Program-made: the position numbers and the translations under genes | Shown here: piece by piece, positions 38,201-50,100 of the stretch | How positions within the stretch are numbered: the first letter of the stretch is position 1 | Layout of the letters: every line of letters begins with the position of its first letter | From: Chiloscyllium plagiosum | Lineage: Eukaryota | Direction: 5' to 3' | DNA length: 64,000 bases | Assembly: GCF_004010195.1 (NCBI RefSeq) | Contig: NC_057749.1 | Coordinates: 23,821,073 to 23,885,072, forward strand | Notes under the pieces: model-generated | Told to the model about the DNA's origin: nothing | Seen by the model: only the letters and a program-made list of their open reading frames with translations | Database searches by the model: none

Positions 38201-38401
38201 AAAAGCAAATTACTGCGGATGCTGGAATCTGAAACCAAAGGAGAAAATGCTGGAAAATCTCAGCAGGTCTGGCAGCATCTGTAAGGAGAGAAAAGAGCTG
38301 ACGTTTCGACAAAGGGTCAGTTAGACTCGAAACATCAGCTCTTTTCTCTCCTTACAGATGCTGCCAGACCTGCTGAAATTTTCCAGCATTTTCTCTTTTG
38401 G
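38201..38401. mobile_element. PLE-derived fold-back element (third variant) inserted in a SINE tail
   Basis: Inverted arms of about 70 bp; taatctaatctaat on both sides; hammerhead core partly lost at the apex. Confidence 0.82.
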
Positions 38402-38569
38402 TAATCTAATCTAATCCCCACTTCACCACTCTGCCCCTGCCACTCCATCTATCTGCAGCTACCCCCACACCCACACCCACTCCCAGCCCTAGAGGAGGGT
38501 TACACTTGAAACGTTGACTTCTCCATCTCCTGATGCTGCCTGGCTTGCTTATAGCTAACAGATACTGCC

Positions 38570-39310
38570 TCAGACAGAAGGCTTTCAAGTTAAAAAAAAC
38601 GCTTGTACAATGAAAGGGGAGTGGCCCCTTCTCCCACTTCGGCTTTTCTCTGGTTTGGTTTGGTTTCTAGCAGTAGTGTGGAAAAAGCTGCGGGACCCAA
38701 AGAAGCGGGTCCATGCTGAATCGCTTTGACATTTGTCCTGGAAGACCCTGGGTTTGATTTTAACTTTTGCGTCAGAGGGATTGTTGCAAGTATTGGGAAC
38801 TGCATCATTAAGTTGAGATAATCTGTTGGGCCTTCAGGTAGGTTCAGTTATTCTGTATTCTTTTTCACGTTTCTCTTGGTACTCTTGTAAATAAATTCAG
38901 TTTTGTCTAAAATTGAGTGGTCTAATCAGCTGGATCTGGGGTGGCTCAGTGGCTCAGCACTGCTGCCTCACAGCACCAGGGTCCCAGGTTCGATTCCAGC
39001 CTCCGGCAACTGTGTGGAGTTTGCATGTTCTCCCTGTGTCTGGTGGGTTTCCTCCCACAGTCCAAAGATGTGCAGTCAGGTGAATTGGCCATGCTAAATG
39101 GCCCATAGTGTTAGGTGCATTAGTCAGAGGGAGATGGGTCTGAATGGGTTACTTTTCGGAGGGTCAGTGTGGACTTGTTGGGCCAAAGGGCTTGTTTCCA
39201 CACTGTAGGGAATCTAATCTAATTGAATATCCTTTACCTGCTTCTAGGAAAGTTAGGGTCTGGTCCACTTTCTTGAAATGTTTTGAGGGGGTCTGGCCTG
39301 GTCCATAAAA
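38570..39310 (+). mobile_element. Solo-LTR-like repeat interrupted by an HE1 SINE
   Basis: Ends in agttagggtctgg...ttttgagggggtctggcctggtccataa, like the other copies; start uncertain. Confidence 0.45.
38938..39222 (+). mobile_element. HE1-type SINE
   Basis: A and B boxes; aatctaatctaa tail. Confidence 0.9.
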
Positions 39311-39598
39311 TCCTGAAGGGTCTGTTTCCATGCTGTACTGCTTACTCTATGACTCAAATATTGAGTTCACTAACTGATCTGAGCACTGTGTAAACTTGAG
39401 CAATGTTCCCTCTCATTGTCTCCATCGGTGTGTGGAATGTGGTTTGTTACATGATCAAATATTAAGCTACTGTACAGCCAATGACCACCAGGCAGAGTGA
39501 TGTATATATTTGTAAACATCTTCCTAGTTTTGGAAAAAGATTGTTGACGTGTTCACAAGCTAAATTAGTACATTTGCTGAATTTGGTTTGAAAATGTC

Positions 39599-39745
39599 AG
39601 AAGTCTCTCAACGCCAGGTTATAGTCCAACAGGTTTATTTAAAAACCCTTTTTTAAGTGATTTCAAGTCAACCTGTTGGACTATAATCTGGTGTCGTGTG
39701 ACTGCTGACTTTGTCCCCCCAGTCGAACACCAACACCTCCACATC
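39599..39745. mobile_element. Short palindromic insertion related to 14348-14455
   Basis: ccaggttatagtccaacaggtt and its inverse aacctgttggactataatctgg. Confidence 0.7.
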
Positions 39746-40694
39746 TTTGACTGTGTTGGTATTTGAATTCATGAGCTTGAGGTTTTAGATTCGGTGCATA
39801 ACCATCAGACTGCTGCCCATGAGAGAAGGATTTGTTTTTAATTTGTAGCTTGTACTTTAGTCACTTGACTGAGGATCGGTTGAATTGGTGGCACTCGCTC
39901 AAGAGAAGACAAGAATCTTTTGTTGGAATTTAATAAGCACAAAATAAGAAGGGTTGAGGCGGCTTCCCTTTTGAACTGGACAAAAGTGTGAAAAGGTAAG
40001 TTGCATTTTCTCAGCTGATTCAGTGTTTGCTTTATTCAAAACTTCTGTGAATCGAAAGGAAGATAGAACAACTGAGCTCTCTTCACAGTGGCAACCATTC
40101 ACAGGCAGAGGTCACATCTTTCTGGATTTGGAGAGAGTTTGGCTTTTGTGGAGTGGAGGGGGAAGATCAGAGAGACGCCGTGTCCCTGTGAATGAATCCA
40201 CGATTGTTCTTCAGTCTGGTAGATGGGGAAGGTCATAATAATTTTTGGGGAAGTGGTCACTTTTGTATTACCTGCCTTTTGTTTTTGAAAGGTTAGAAAT
40301 CCATGAATTACGTGTTAATAAACCAGTTCACTCCTTTGAACGCAAAGAAATGAATTGGGGATAGGCACTGTGGAAAGTTTACATAGTTAAATGTCACACG
40401 AGAGATGAGCCTTTCCATTATTATTTGGTAATTTGCACCAGATCCTGGGGAATGGGAAGAGAGTCAGGAAATGCAATGCCAACAACTCATCCGGATCTCT
40501 CAGAATTACCAAATTTGTTATAACTTTAAGGTCTGGAATTTGGAACTTGGAAGGAAAAGGCACTGTTCACAATTGGGAGGATGAAACTTCAGTTATTCAT
40601 CCAGTCTCCATCTCCCCAGGGTGAAATGTGGACAGTGCCTTTCTGTTTGTAACCTGGTGACTGTTTTCAGAGTCAATCTTATTTTAATAACTCT

Positions 40695-40871
40695 GAGGAG
40701 CAGGAGAATCGACGCTTCAGGCATAAGCACTCTATCAGGACTTCCTGATGAAGAGCTTATGCCCGAAACGTCGACTCTCCTGCCCCTCGGATGCTGCCTG
40801 ACCTGCTGTGCTTTTCCAGCACCACACTCTCGACTCTGATCTCCAGCATCTGCAGTCCTCACTGTCTCCTC
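40695..40871. mobile_element. PLE-derived fold-back element with hammerhead motif; perfect 17-bp TSD
   Basis: cttattttaataactct at 40678-40694 and 40872-40888; CTGATGA...GAAACGTC at 40745-40772. Confidence 0.9.
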
Positions 40872-41052
40872 CTTATTTTAATAACTCTTTTTAAACAAAA
40901 AAATGGCTGCAGCAGATGATTTAGATCACCAGGAACTGGATTCAAAATTCCCTTGTTAGAGTTCATGTCCTAACTCTTTCCCCCTAGCTACCTTCCTCAT
41001 GCTCTTGGCAGTGATAAGAAGAGAGCGAGCAAACAGGGCTGTGATTATGAGG

Positions 41053-41132
41053 AGAAATTATGAGGAGAATTCCTGAAGAAGGGCTCATGCCCGAAACGTC
41101 AGTTCTCCCGCTCCTTGGATGCTGCCTGACCT
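41053..41132 (+). mobile_element. 80-bp PLE fragment, essentially the hammerhead motif plus flank; perfect 15-bp TSD
   Basis: gctgtgattatgagg at 41038-41052 and 41133-41147. Confidence 0.88.
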
Positions 41133-41399
41133 GCTGTGATTATGAGGGTCAAGTAGGAAAGTGGAAGCATTGGGGAGAGAGTCAGTGATGAGAAAGTTGG
41201 CATGGGAAAGATATGCATTGAGTGACGACTTCAGATATTGGCACGAGTGAATTTTGAAAATTAATTCCACCTGATTGATCCTGTCTGATTTGGTTCTCTT
41301 CTGTTTATTTCGTGTGTGGAGATCATTTTATCAATATGCCTTTAAAACCTAGTATGCCAGTATACATTAAAGAGCCCTGCTCATGCTATTATCGCTGTA

Positions 41400-42183
41400 T
41401 CATAGTCATAGAGTCATACAATACAGAAACTGAACCTTCAGTCTAATCAGTCCAAGCCGAACATAATCCCAAGCTATACTAGTCCCACCTGCCTGCTCAC
41501 AACCCATGTCCACCCAAATGTCTTTTCAACATTGCACCCGCATCCTCCACTTCCTGGCCATTTGGATACAGAACTGGCTCAAAGGTAGAAGACAGAGCGT
41601 GGTGGTAGAAGATTGTTTTTCAGACTGGAGTGCCACAAGGGTCGGTGCTGGGCCCACTACTTTTCATCATTTATATAAATGATTTGGATGGGAGCATAAG
41701 AGGTATAGTTAGTAAGTTTGCTAATGACATCAAAATTGGAGGTGTAGTGGACAACGAAGAAGGTTACTTCGGATGACACCTGCCAGCACCTGGCGCATAT
41801 CCCTCCAAACGCTTCCTATTCATATACCCATCCAGATGCCTTTTAAATGTAATTGTACCAGCCTCCACCAGTTCCTCTGGCAGCTCATTCTATACACGTA
41901 CCATCCTCTGGGTGAAAAGGTTGCCCCTCAGGACCCTTTTATATCTTTCACCTCTCACCCTAAACCTATGTCCTCTAGTTCTGGACTCCCCCACCCCAGG
42001 AAAAAGGCTTTGTCTATTTATCCTATCCATGCCCCTCATGATTTTGTAAACCTCTATAAGGTCACCCCTCTGCCTCCGACGCTCCAGGGAAAACAGCCCC
42101 AGCCAGTTCATTCTCTCCCTATAGCTCAAATCCTCCAACCCTGGCGACGTCCTTGTAAATCTTTTCTGAACCCTTTCAAGTTT
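41400..42183 (-). mobile_element. Rearranged CR1 pieces: 3' end (-) 41400-41555, RT fragment (+) 41556-41772, 3' part (-) 41778-42183
   Basis: Each piece matches other CR1 copies in the window. Confidence 0.85.
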
Positions 42184-42186
42184 CTT

Positions 42187-42273
42187 GCGGAGAGAAAGCA
42201 GAGTTAACATTCTGAAGAAGGGCCGCTGAACCCGAAACGTTAACTCTGCTTTCTCTCTGCAGATGCTGTCAGA
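42187..42273 (+). mobile_element. Short PLE-end hairpin with hammerhead-like core
   Basis: gagagaaagcagagttaac / gttaactctgctttctctc arms; CTGAAGA-A-GGG..CCC-GAAACGTT at 42212-42241. Confidence 0.75.
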
Positions 42274-42479
42274 GTTGAAAGCATGCCGTAACATTTCAAA
42301 GCAAGGCGCTCTGTAGCCTACTGCGAGCCTGAACACTGATATGCCTGTGAATGTAATGCTTTTAAATATTAGTGAGCTGTAATAAGTGCCTCTTGGATTC
42401 TTCAGAACTGTGTTTGCATGTTTAGTTTCTTGTGGTTACCACTCACAAAGGGAACACAAACAAATGAGCATAAATTCCA

Positions 42480-43010
42480 AGTGATGCGCAAAGAAGTGAG
42501 GGTGACCGGAGACAAAAAATCTTCATCACTCGGCGAATGGTTAGGGTTTGGAATGCACTGAAATATGGTGGACACAGGTTCAATTGAGGCATTCCCGACT
42601 GGATAGGATGAGAACTTGGATAGAAATGGTGTTTAGGGATATGGCGGTAAAAGCAGAGTATTGGCACTAGGTAATGATGGTAACTTTGACAAACTGTGCA
42701 GAGACCTGGATAGAGTGGATGTGGAGAAGATGTTTCCGCTCGTAGGAGAGACTAGGACCCGTGGGCACAACCTCGGAGTGAAGGGACAACCCTTTAGAAC
42801 TACTGAGATGAGGAATTTCTTCAGCCAGAGGGTGGGGAATGTGTGGAACTTAATGCAGTGGCGGCCAAGAGTGTATTTCGGACAGAGATGGATAGGTTCT
42901 TAATGAATAAGGGGATCAGGGGTTACAGGGAGAAGGCAGGATAATGGGGTTGAGAGACACATCAGCCATGATCAAATGGCAGAACGGAGTCAATGGGCCA
43001 AATGGTCTTA
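42480..43010 (+). mobile_element. Two adjacent CR1 3' fragments
   Basis: DLDRVDVEKMFPLVGETRTRGHNL...FFSQRV. Confidence 0.8.
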
Positions 43011-43169
43011 TGCAGTCATGATAAGCCATTTAAGGGTATAACATGAGGCCAATCTTGAATCCTGGTGTTTTTGCTGCTAAGCTAAAGTTGCCTATCCCGT
43101 TGTACCAGCTCCTGTCATTGTCTGAGCTGAAGCTTGGACATGGAGTTAACAGGCTAATGATGAGCATGA

Positions 43170-43365
43170 ATCCGTTGTCGATTTGTCAAGAAAAATCCAT
43201 CTGGTTCACTAACGTCCTGTAGGGAAGGAAACTGCCATCCTTACCTGGTCTGGCCTACATGTGACTGCAGTCCCACAGCAATATAGTCGACTCTTAACAA
43301 TTAGGGATGAGGGAGAAATGCTGGCCTAGCCAATGTCACCCTCATCCCATGAATGAATTTAAAAA
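43170..43365 (+). mobile_element. Second SINE family, 3' half
   Basis: ccatctggttcactaa...agggaaggaaactgccatccttacctggtctggcctacatgtgact. Confidence 0.7.
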
Positions 43366-44337
43366 AAGATTGACAGCTTCCACCGTCCATCAATATATTT
43401 CTTCTTTCTGACTCGACTGCTGCACAATTCGACGTTCTCCGTCTGCATTGAACTTAACACTGAGAAGCAGACGTAGACCATTCAGCCCAGCCGTGCCATT
43501 CAATGTCATCATGATTAATCTGATAATCCTCATCTCCACTTTCTTGTCTTATCCCTCGGTTTCCCTTGCTGGTTAGAAATCTGTCTCTCTCTCAGCCTTG
43601 AGTATACTTCACAAATCAACCTCAACAGCCCTCTGCAGTTAAAAAAAAAAACCAAGTTCCACGGATTCACTCCCCTCAGTGAGAAGAAATCCCGGCTCCT
43701 GTCTGTCTTAAAATTGCCACCCCTTATTCCGAGGCTCTGCCCTGTGATCCCAGACTGTCCCAAAAAGCGAACCAATCTCTCCGTTTCTTTGGAGCTCCGA
43801 ATGAGTTCCTGCAGTCAACTGTTCAAGCAGCTCAGAGCAGAATGCTCTCTGTCATTAACTGGGTCCTTTTCACTAACTCAGAGCAGCTGCTCCTGCTCCC
43901 CAAGCTGTAATGCCAGCTGTTTTACAATTTTATTCCTTTGGAAGTAAATACAGTTGTCTGCCATCTCACAACAAACCCGGATTAAGTTTCATAGCAACTT
44001 CCAAGTTGTGTAAACAATTCTTTCCATGCGAGAATGGAAAAGGCAGGAATAGACGTAATTCCTTCCAGTTGGAGCTGGCATGGATGGCGAGGTTGAGTGG
44101 ACAGTCCCTTGGCACTGAAACTGAATAGGACCCCTCCTCCCCCCCCCCCCCGCCACCCCGAGGGCCCCTGGGAATAATGGCAGGGCGCACAATGTGTGGC
44201 AGATGGTTCCAGTTTGAAGAAGATATAACCAAGGTCAATAGCCTTCACTTGGTTCCGTGGTTGGACGAGGCCTTCGTGAATCTGGAGGATGTCCCTGCCC
44301 TGGGGTTAGACTCTGGAAAGCTATCCAGTCCTGAGTA

Positions 44338-44643
44338 CCGGTGGCTCAGTGGTTAGTACTGCTGCCTCACAGTGCCAGGGACTGGGGTTCAATTCTAGCC
44401 TCGGGCAACTGTCTGTGTGGAGTTTGCACATTCTCCCCGTGTCTGCGTGGGTTTCCTCCCACAGTCTAAAGATGTGCAGGTTAGGGTGGATTGGCCATGC
44501 TAAGTTGCCTGTAGTGTTCATGGATGTGTAGGTTAGGTGCAGAATCTAACTGAATGGGTCTGGGTGCGATACTCTTCAGAGGGTCTATGTGGACTTGTTG
44601 GGCCAAAGGGCCTGTTTCTACCCTGTAGAGATTGTATGATTCT
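44338..44643 (+). mobile_element. HE1-type SINE
   Basis: A and B boxes, HE1 body. Confidence 0.92.
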
Positions 44644-45825
44644 AGAGTAACGTTTGATGGGGCAAGATGCTTCAGTCCAGTGGATTGCCAATTAGGTTCA
44701 GAGCATGGGAATTTGGAATTCCCTTCCTACTCCTCTCTGTCATTTGGCTTCTCTCTCCTTCTTAAATCTTACCTCGATCAGGTTTTAAAATCCCTAAGCT
44801 GCTTCCTCCTGTGTGACTCTGGTGATGTACCAGTGAGGAACTTAAGGCAGTTTTCTGACATTTTGAGACACGATGTAAAAGCAAGGTGTCGATTCTGAAA
44901 GGGCTAGGATGTGACAAAGAACTGAGTGGCCCTGGAAGATCTCCAGTGAAGCATCAGTGAGCAGGTTATTGTTCTGTAAGTGCCATTTGAAGACGTTGTC
45001 AGTAACACCTTCTTGTCTTTCTGGTAATGGAGTGGAGACTGGAGTGTTAAATGGCTGGGTTTGTTGAGTGGGTTTTAACCCTACTTTTTGTGACCTGTTT
45101 CTGTGACCTGCTGAAGGATTGGTTTCTGCTCTCTGTTTGTCTCGTGGTCACCTGGTGGTTCGAGATCCATTGAAATCTGTTGTGGCTTTAATGAAATGCC
45201 CGTGTGTATTGGAACATCGTGCGGTAACCAGCGATTGCCTCAGTGCTTTTTGCTCTCCGGCTCGAGCTAATACTTTGTGGTTTGAAATGCAAATAGAAAC
45301 AATAAGCTCTTCCAAATCCTTCCTGTGGCGGACTGAGTCTCAGGAATTTGCTTTGAGGAGAGTTGGTGCGGTCCATCTTGTTTTTTAAAAAAAACCCAAA
45401 GGGAAGAGATTGAAAATCTGAAGGAGATTGACTCACTTCATGTGAATAAATTGAGGCGAATTTTAAAAAAGAAAAGAACAGTTGTAATTATTTGATCTAC
45501 GGATGTGTTGAGGAGGTTTACAGACGTGTAGCTCATGGAGAGCGGAGGTAGTGGTCACTGGACTAGCAATCCAGAGACTTGGACTAAATTTCCGGCAATT
45601 TAAATCCCACCGTGACAAATGGTTAAATTTGAATTCTCGAGAAGCTGAAATTAAAAGCTTGTTGAATGATGGCTGTGTTAACATTGTCAGTGCTCGTCAC
45701 TAATGTCCTTCAGGACATTCATAGTTAAGAGTAAACCACACGGCTGTGGGAATGGAGTCATATGTTGGACAAACCAGATAAGATTGGCTCAGTGGTTAGC
45801 ATTGCTGCCTCACAGCGCTAGGGAA

Positions 45826-46148
45826 CATTTGGCCTAAACGTCCACACTGACCCTCCAAAGAGTATCCCACCCAAAACCATTCCCCCTACCCTGTTGCTCT
45901 ACATTTACCCCTGACTAACGCACCTAATCTACACATCCCTGGACCCTATGGGCAATTTAGCATGGCCAATCCACCTAACTTGTTCATCTTTGGACTGTGG
46001 GAGGAAACCAGAGCTCCCGGAGGAAACCCACACAGACACGGGGAGAACGTGCAAACTCCACACAGCCAGTTGCCCGAGGTTGGAATCGAACCTGGGTCTC
46101 GGGTGCTGCGAGGCAACAGTGCTAACTAACCACTGAGCCACCGTGCCA
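45826..46148 (-). mobile_element. HE1-type SINE nested in a second-family SINE (about 45545-46540)
   Basis: HE1 body and head on minus strand. Confidence 0.88.
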
Positions 46149-46250
46149 CTGTTATCTGGTTTGACCAACATGTGACTCCATACCCACAGCCATGTGGTTT
46201 ACTCTTGACTGCCCTCTGAAATAGCCCGAGTGATCTTCTCAGTTCAAAGG

Positions 46251-46473
46251 TGAAACTTTATTGCTGGAACAGCACAGCAGGTCAGGCAGCATCCAGGGAA
46301 CAGGAGATTCGACGTTTCGGGCACAGGCCCTTCTTCAGGAATCCATTCCTGAAGAAGGGCCTGTGCCCGAAACGTCGAATCTCCTGTCCCCTGGATGCTG
46401 CCTGACCTGCTGAGCTGTTCCAGCAATAAAGTTTCAACTTTGATCTCCAGCATCTGCAGACCTCACTTTCTCC
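46251..46473. mobile_element. PLE-derived fold-back element with two intact inverted hammerhead motifs; 14-bp TSD
   Basis: tctcagttcaaagg at 46237-46250 and 46474-46487; arms of about 92 bp with a 2-nt loop at 46343-46344. Confidence 0.92.
46345..46380 (+). ncRNA. Minimal type I hammerhead ribozyme motif (mirror copy at 46307-46342 on -)
   Basis: ATTC-CTGAAGA-A-GGGC-ctgt-GCCC-GAAAC-GTC-GAAT: 4-bp stem I, conserved core, 4-bp stem II. Confidence 0.75.
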
Positions 46474-46784
46474 TCTCAGTTCAAAGGGGCAGTTCAAGAC
46501 GTGCAACAAATGCTGGCCTGACCAGTCACGCCTGCATTCTGTATAGGTATGTTTATAAAGTTGTTGCGGGGCATGCAGCAACAAATCAGTGCACAGCAAG
46601 ATCCCACAAGCAGCGACGGGATAATGACCTGAAATGGTTTGTTATTTCCATGGCGACTGAGGGGACAAAAATTGACCAGAATTCCAGGGCTAACTCTGGG
46701 ATAGGGACGTGCGGTCGTTCATGATGCCTCCCCCCAAAGACAGCAGAGTTGGTCTCAGAGTTTGAAGACTGTTCACAAGTTCTC

Positions 46785-47298
46785 CATGGGAAAGATGTTG
46801 TGAAACTTGAAACAGTTCAGAAAAGAGTTACAAGGATGTTGCCAGGTTGGAGTGTTTGAGCGATAGAGAGAGGCTGAATAGCCTGGAGCTGTTTTCTCTG
46901 GAATGTCGGAGGCTGAGGGGAGACCTGACACAGGTTTATAAAATCATGAGGGGCATGGGTAGGGTAAATAGGCAAGGTTGTTTCTGAAGGGTGGGGGAGT
47001 CCAAAAGTAGAGGGCATAGGTTTAGATGAGAGGGAAATGATTTAAAAAGGACTTGAGGGGCAACTTTTTCATGCAGAGGGTGGTACGTGTATGGAATGAG
47101 CTCCACCAGAGGAAGTGGTGGAGGCTGGTACAATTATAACATTTAAAAGGCATCTGGATGGGTATATGAATAGGAAGGGTTTAGGGGGATATGGGCCAAA
47201 TGCTGGCAAATGGGGGCTAGATTAATTTAGGGTATCGGTTGGCATGGACTGGTTGGACTGAAGGGTCTGTTTCTGTGCTGTACATCTCTATGACTCTA
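46785..47298 (+). mobile_element. CR1/HER1 3' part
   Basis: gatgttgtgaaacttgaa...ctgtacatctctatgactctat. Confidence 0.92.
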
Positions 47299-48577
47299 TA
47301 ATTGAAGCAGAACTTTTGAACTCAAAAGAATAACAAGTTGCCAAGGAAGGCCATTGAGGCTGATGTTTGGATTGGTGGGCATGCCTTCAGAAGAAAGGAG
47401 AGTGATTGGGTGGAAAGATGATACAGATTCAGGTAGCTCTGTCAGATCATGACCCACTTCTAAAATTCCATCTGTCCAATGCTGTGGGACACGCGGCGTT
47501 TGTTGACCTTGGTGCTCTGTGACTGGTTCTGACGAGGCCTGGCCTAGTTTTGAGAACAGCCCTTGACTGTGTTGTTCGAACACGCCTTGTGTCAGCCTCG
47601 CTCGATAGGATGGGTCAGTCTGCTCACTTGCAGCTCGCTCAGGGGGAAATCTGCAACAGGAAAATTGCTCATTCTGGAAGTGTTTGCTCAGGAAAGGTGT
47701 TGGTGTTCCTTTCTGCCAATACTTCGGAGACTTCAAAGCACCGACTCAAAATATTGCAGCGATGTAGTTGGCAATGATTTTTGAAGTTTGCAGCCAATTA
47801 CAGTGTAATTACTGTCACCTTTTTTTTAGAAAGGGCTTTCGTTTATAAGAGGAAACAAAGTGACTCCGGCAATGCCACTCTTTTGTAATTTTGGCTTCAG
47901 ACTTTCCATGAGAAAAGAAGTTGACAATTTCGCTCCTGAAATCTTTTTGACTGTTCACTTAGATTGTAGCTGATCATTGCCATGCGTTAATTTAAACTCT
48001 CCTCATGTTGCTTATAGAATGAGGGTATCGGTTTGGACTGATTCTTGATATTTTAACAGGTTGATCCTGTCCTTTTCCAACCCCTTGCCTTTATCTGTCA
48101 GACTACAATGAGAGATTCCCTTCCAGTGGTTTCTGTTTCTGGGTTCCCGCAATGTGACTATGTACAATTACAATGTTTAAAATACATCTGGATGAGTACA
48201 TGGCTAGGAAAGGTTTAGAGGGATATGGGCCAAGAGCTGTCAAATGGGACTAGATTAATTTAGGATATCTGGTCGGTGATTGGACTGAAGGGTCTGTTTC
48301 TGTGCTGTTCGGCTCAATGACTCTGTCAGCTCTGGTCTTCCCCAAGGATCTACCTCTGGAGCCCCCTCGTCTGCCCTCTTTCTCTCAGCCACGTCACCCA
48401 AAGGTCTAGAGTTTAGTTTTGAAGTGTGACCTTCTCTCCCAACCCCTCCGCTGTTTCTGATTGGTCCGTCTGCTTGCCTGACATCCAGGATGGGCAAAAG
48501 CTGCCTCCAACTGGATTGTGGGAGGATGGAAACCATTCCCTTTAATCCCTGCAACAGACTCCACTCCCTCGCTATTG

Positions 48578-48788
48578 ACCCCAATCCTCTCCAAGGTTAC
48601 CGTCTTACACCGTGTGCCACTTGGTTTCATAATTAACTCTGAGCCATATAGGAGTGGAATGAGGCCATTCAGCCCATTCTATTCTCTGGCCTCATGAATG
48701 GCCTCATTCCACTCCTATATGGCTCAGAGTTAATTGTGAGACCAAGTGGTGCACGATGTAAGACAGTAACCCTGGAGAGGATTGGGGT
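48578..48788. repeat. Long inverted repeat, 94-bp arms with a 23-bp spacer
   Basis: 48578-48671 is the near reverse complement of 48695-48788. Confidence 0.92.
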
Positions 48789-50100
48789 TTGTTAAGGTTG
48801 TGACTGCACTAGTTGTGCTGTCAACACTTGCTTATCTGTTCTTGTTCGTATATATTGACATAAGATTGCTTGCTTCCATTTCCACAACTGCTCCTGTCTC
48901 TGTCTTCTATCCCAGGTCATAGTCATGCAGCACGGAAGCAGACCCTTCGGTCCAACCAGACCATGCTGACCATGTTCTCAAACTAAGCTAGTCTCACCTG
49001 CCTGCTCCTGGCCCATACCCCTCCAAACCTTCCCGATTCATGTACTTATCCAAGTGTCTTTGTTCTCGCTATCCTAACTCTGGCCAAATCCCATTCATCC
49101 GTCATCAAAATTCCAGAGGTGAGCTGAAACTGACTGTCCTTGACATCAGGATAGTGTCTGAGGTCCAACTGTCTTCAGTTGCTTTATCAATGGCCTCCCC
49201 TCCATTATTAGGTCGGGGGGGGGAGGGTTTCACTGACTTGTCCAACGTTCAGCAACCACTTGCAATTCCTCAGATACTGAAGCAGCCTGTGAGCAGATGC
49301 AGCATGACATAGACAATATCCTCTAGCATCACATTCCAAAGCTACAAGCCTCTACCATCTAGAAGGTCAAGGACAGTGGGCCCTTGGTAACATGACTTGC
49401 TGCAGGTGTCCCACTCACCATCCTGACTTGCAAATATATTATTCTTCCAGGATTTTGACCCCGCCACATTGAAGGAACTCCCTTTCCTACAGCATTGAGA
49501 GTTTACTTGCACCAGACAGACATTTTGACAAGCTAGCTCACCAACGCCTTCTCAAAGCCAATTGAGGATGGGCAATAAGTGCCAATCCATGTGCCATGAG
49601 TGACTAATGAACAAAGAATGCCCCAAAAAGTTGAAAAAGCAGACTTTTCATATTCCAATTTTCTTCCTCTGTCTGTAGTCATGTCCTGATCTTCAATTCC
49701 TGAAGATTCCAGGTTATTCCTGAAGGATTGGCAGCTCTCCCCAGACTGTAATCCCAATATGTTTTTTTTTGATGTGTGTAGCCCTGTTCCTAACTTTACG
49801 AAATTCAGAGTAAAGAACTGAGAAATTTAATGAATTCAGCCTAATACTAAATGATCTGTGGACTTGAATACAAAAGACAGGGCACGAGACCTTTAATTTT
49901 AATTCCATAAATTGAGGATGCTTATATTTTGCAATGTATTCTAATTATTTGCAAATTGCAATGTTAGTAAGTGTACAATTTTTTTATCACCTTGTATTTT
50001 GTTTTAATGTTTCCCGTGACAGTTATGATAAAACAAATGCAAATACCAGAAATCTGAAGCAGAAATTGCTGTAAAATCTCAGCAGGTCTGGTAGCACCTC

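Larger units (their letters stand above)
37472..38550 (+). mobile_element. Older PLE 3' fragment (GIY-YIG pseudogene plus 3' region), interrupted by an HE1 SINE and a fold-back element
   Basis: SSNLVYCLRCSQCGLL...FAEHL...HLIFRLGSLQPRGLNIE; degraded hammerhead-like end at about 38490-38520. Confidence 0.8.

Noticed and set aside
39849..40001. Possible exon (tttgtag acceptor, AAG/gtaagt donor)
   Set aside because: No open frame with recognisable homology; a non-coding exon cannot be supported without RNA data.
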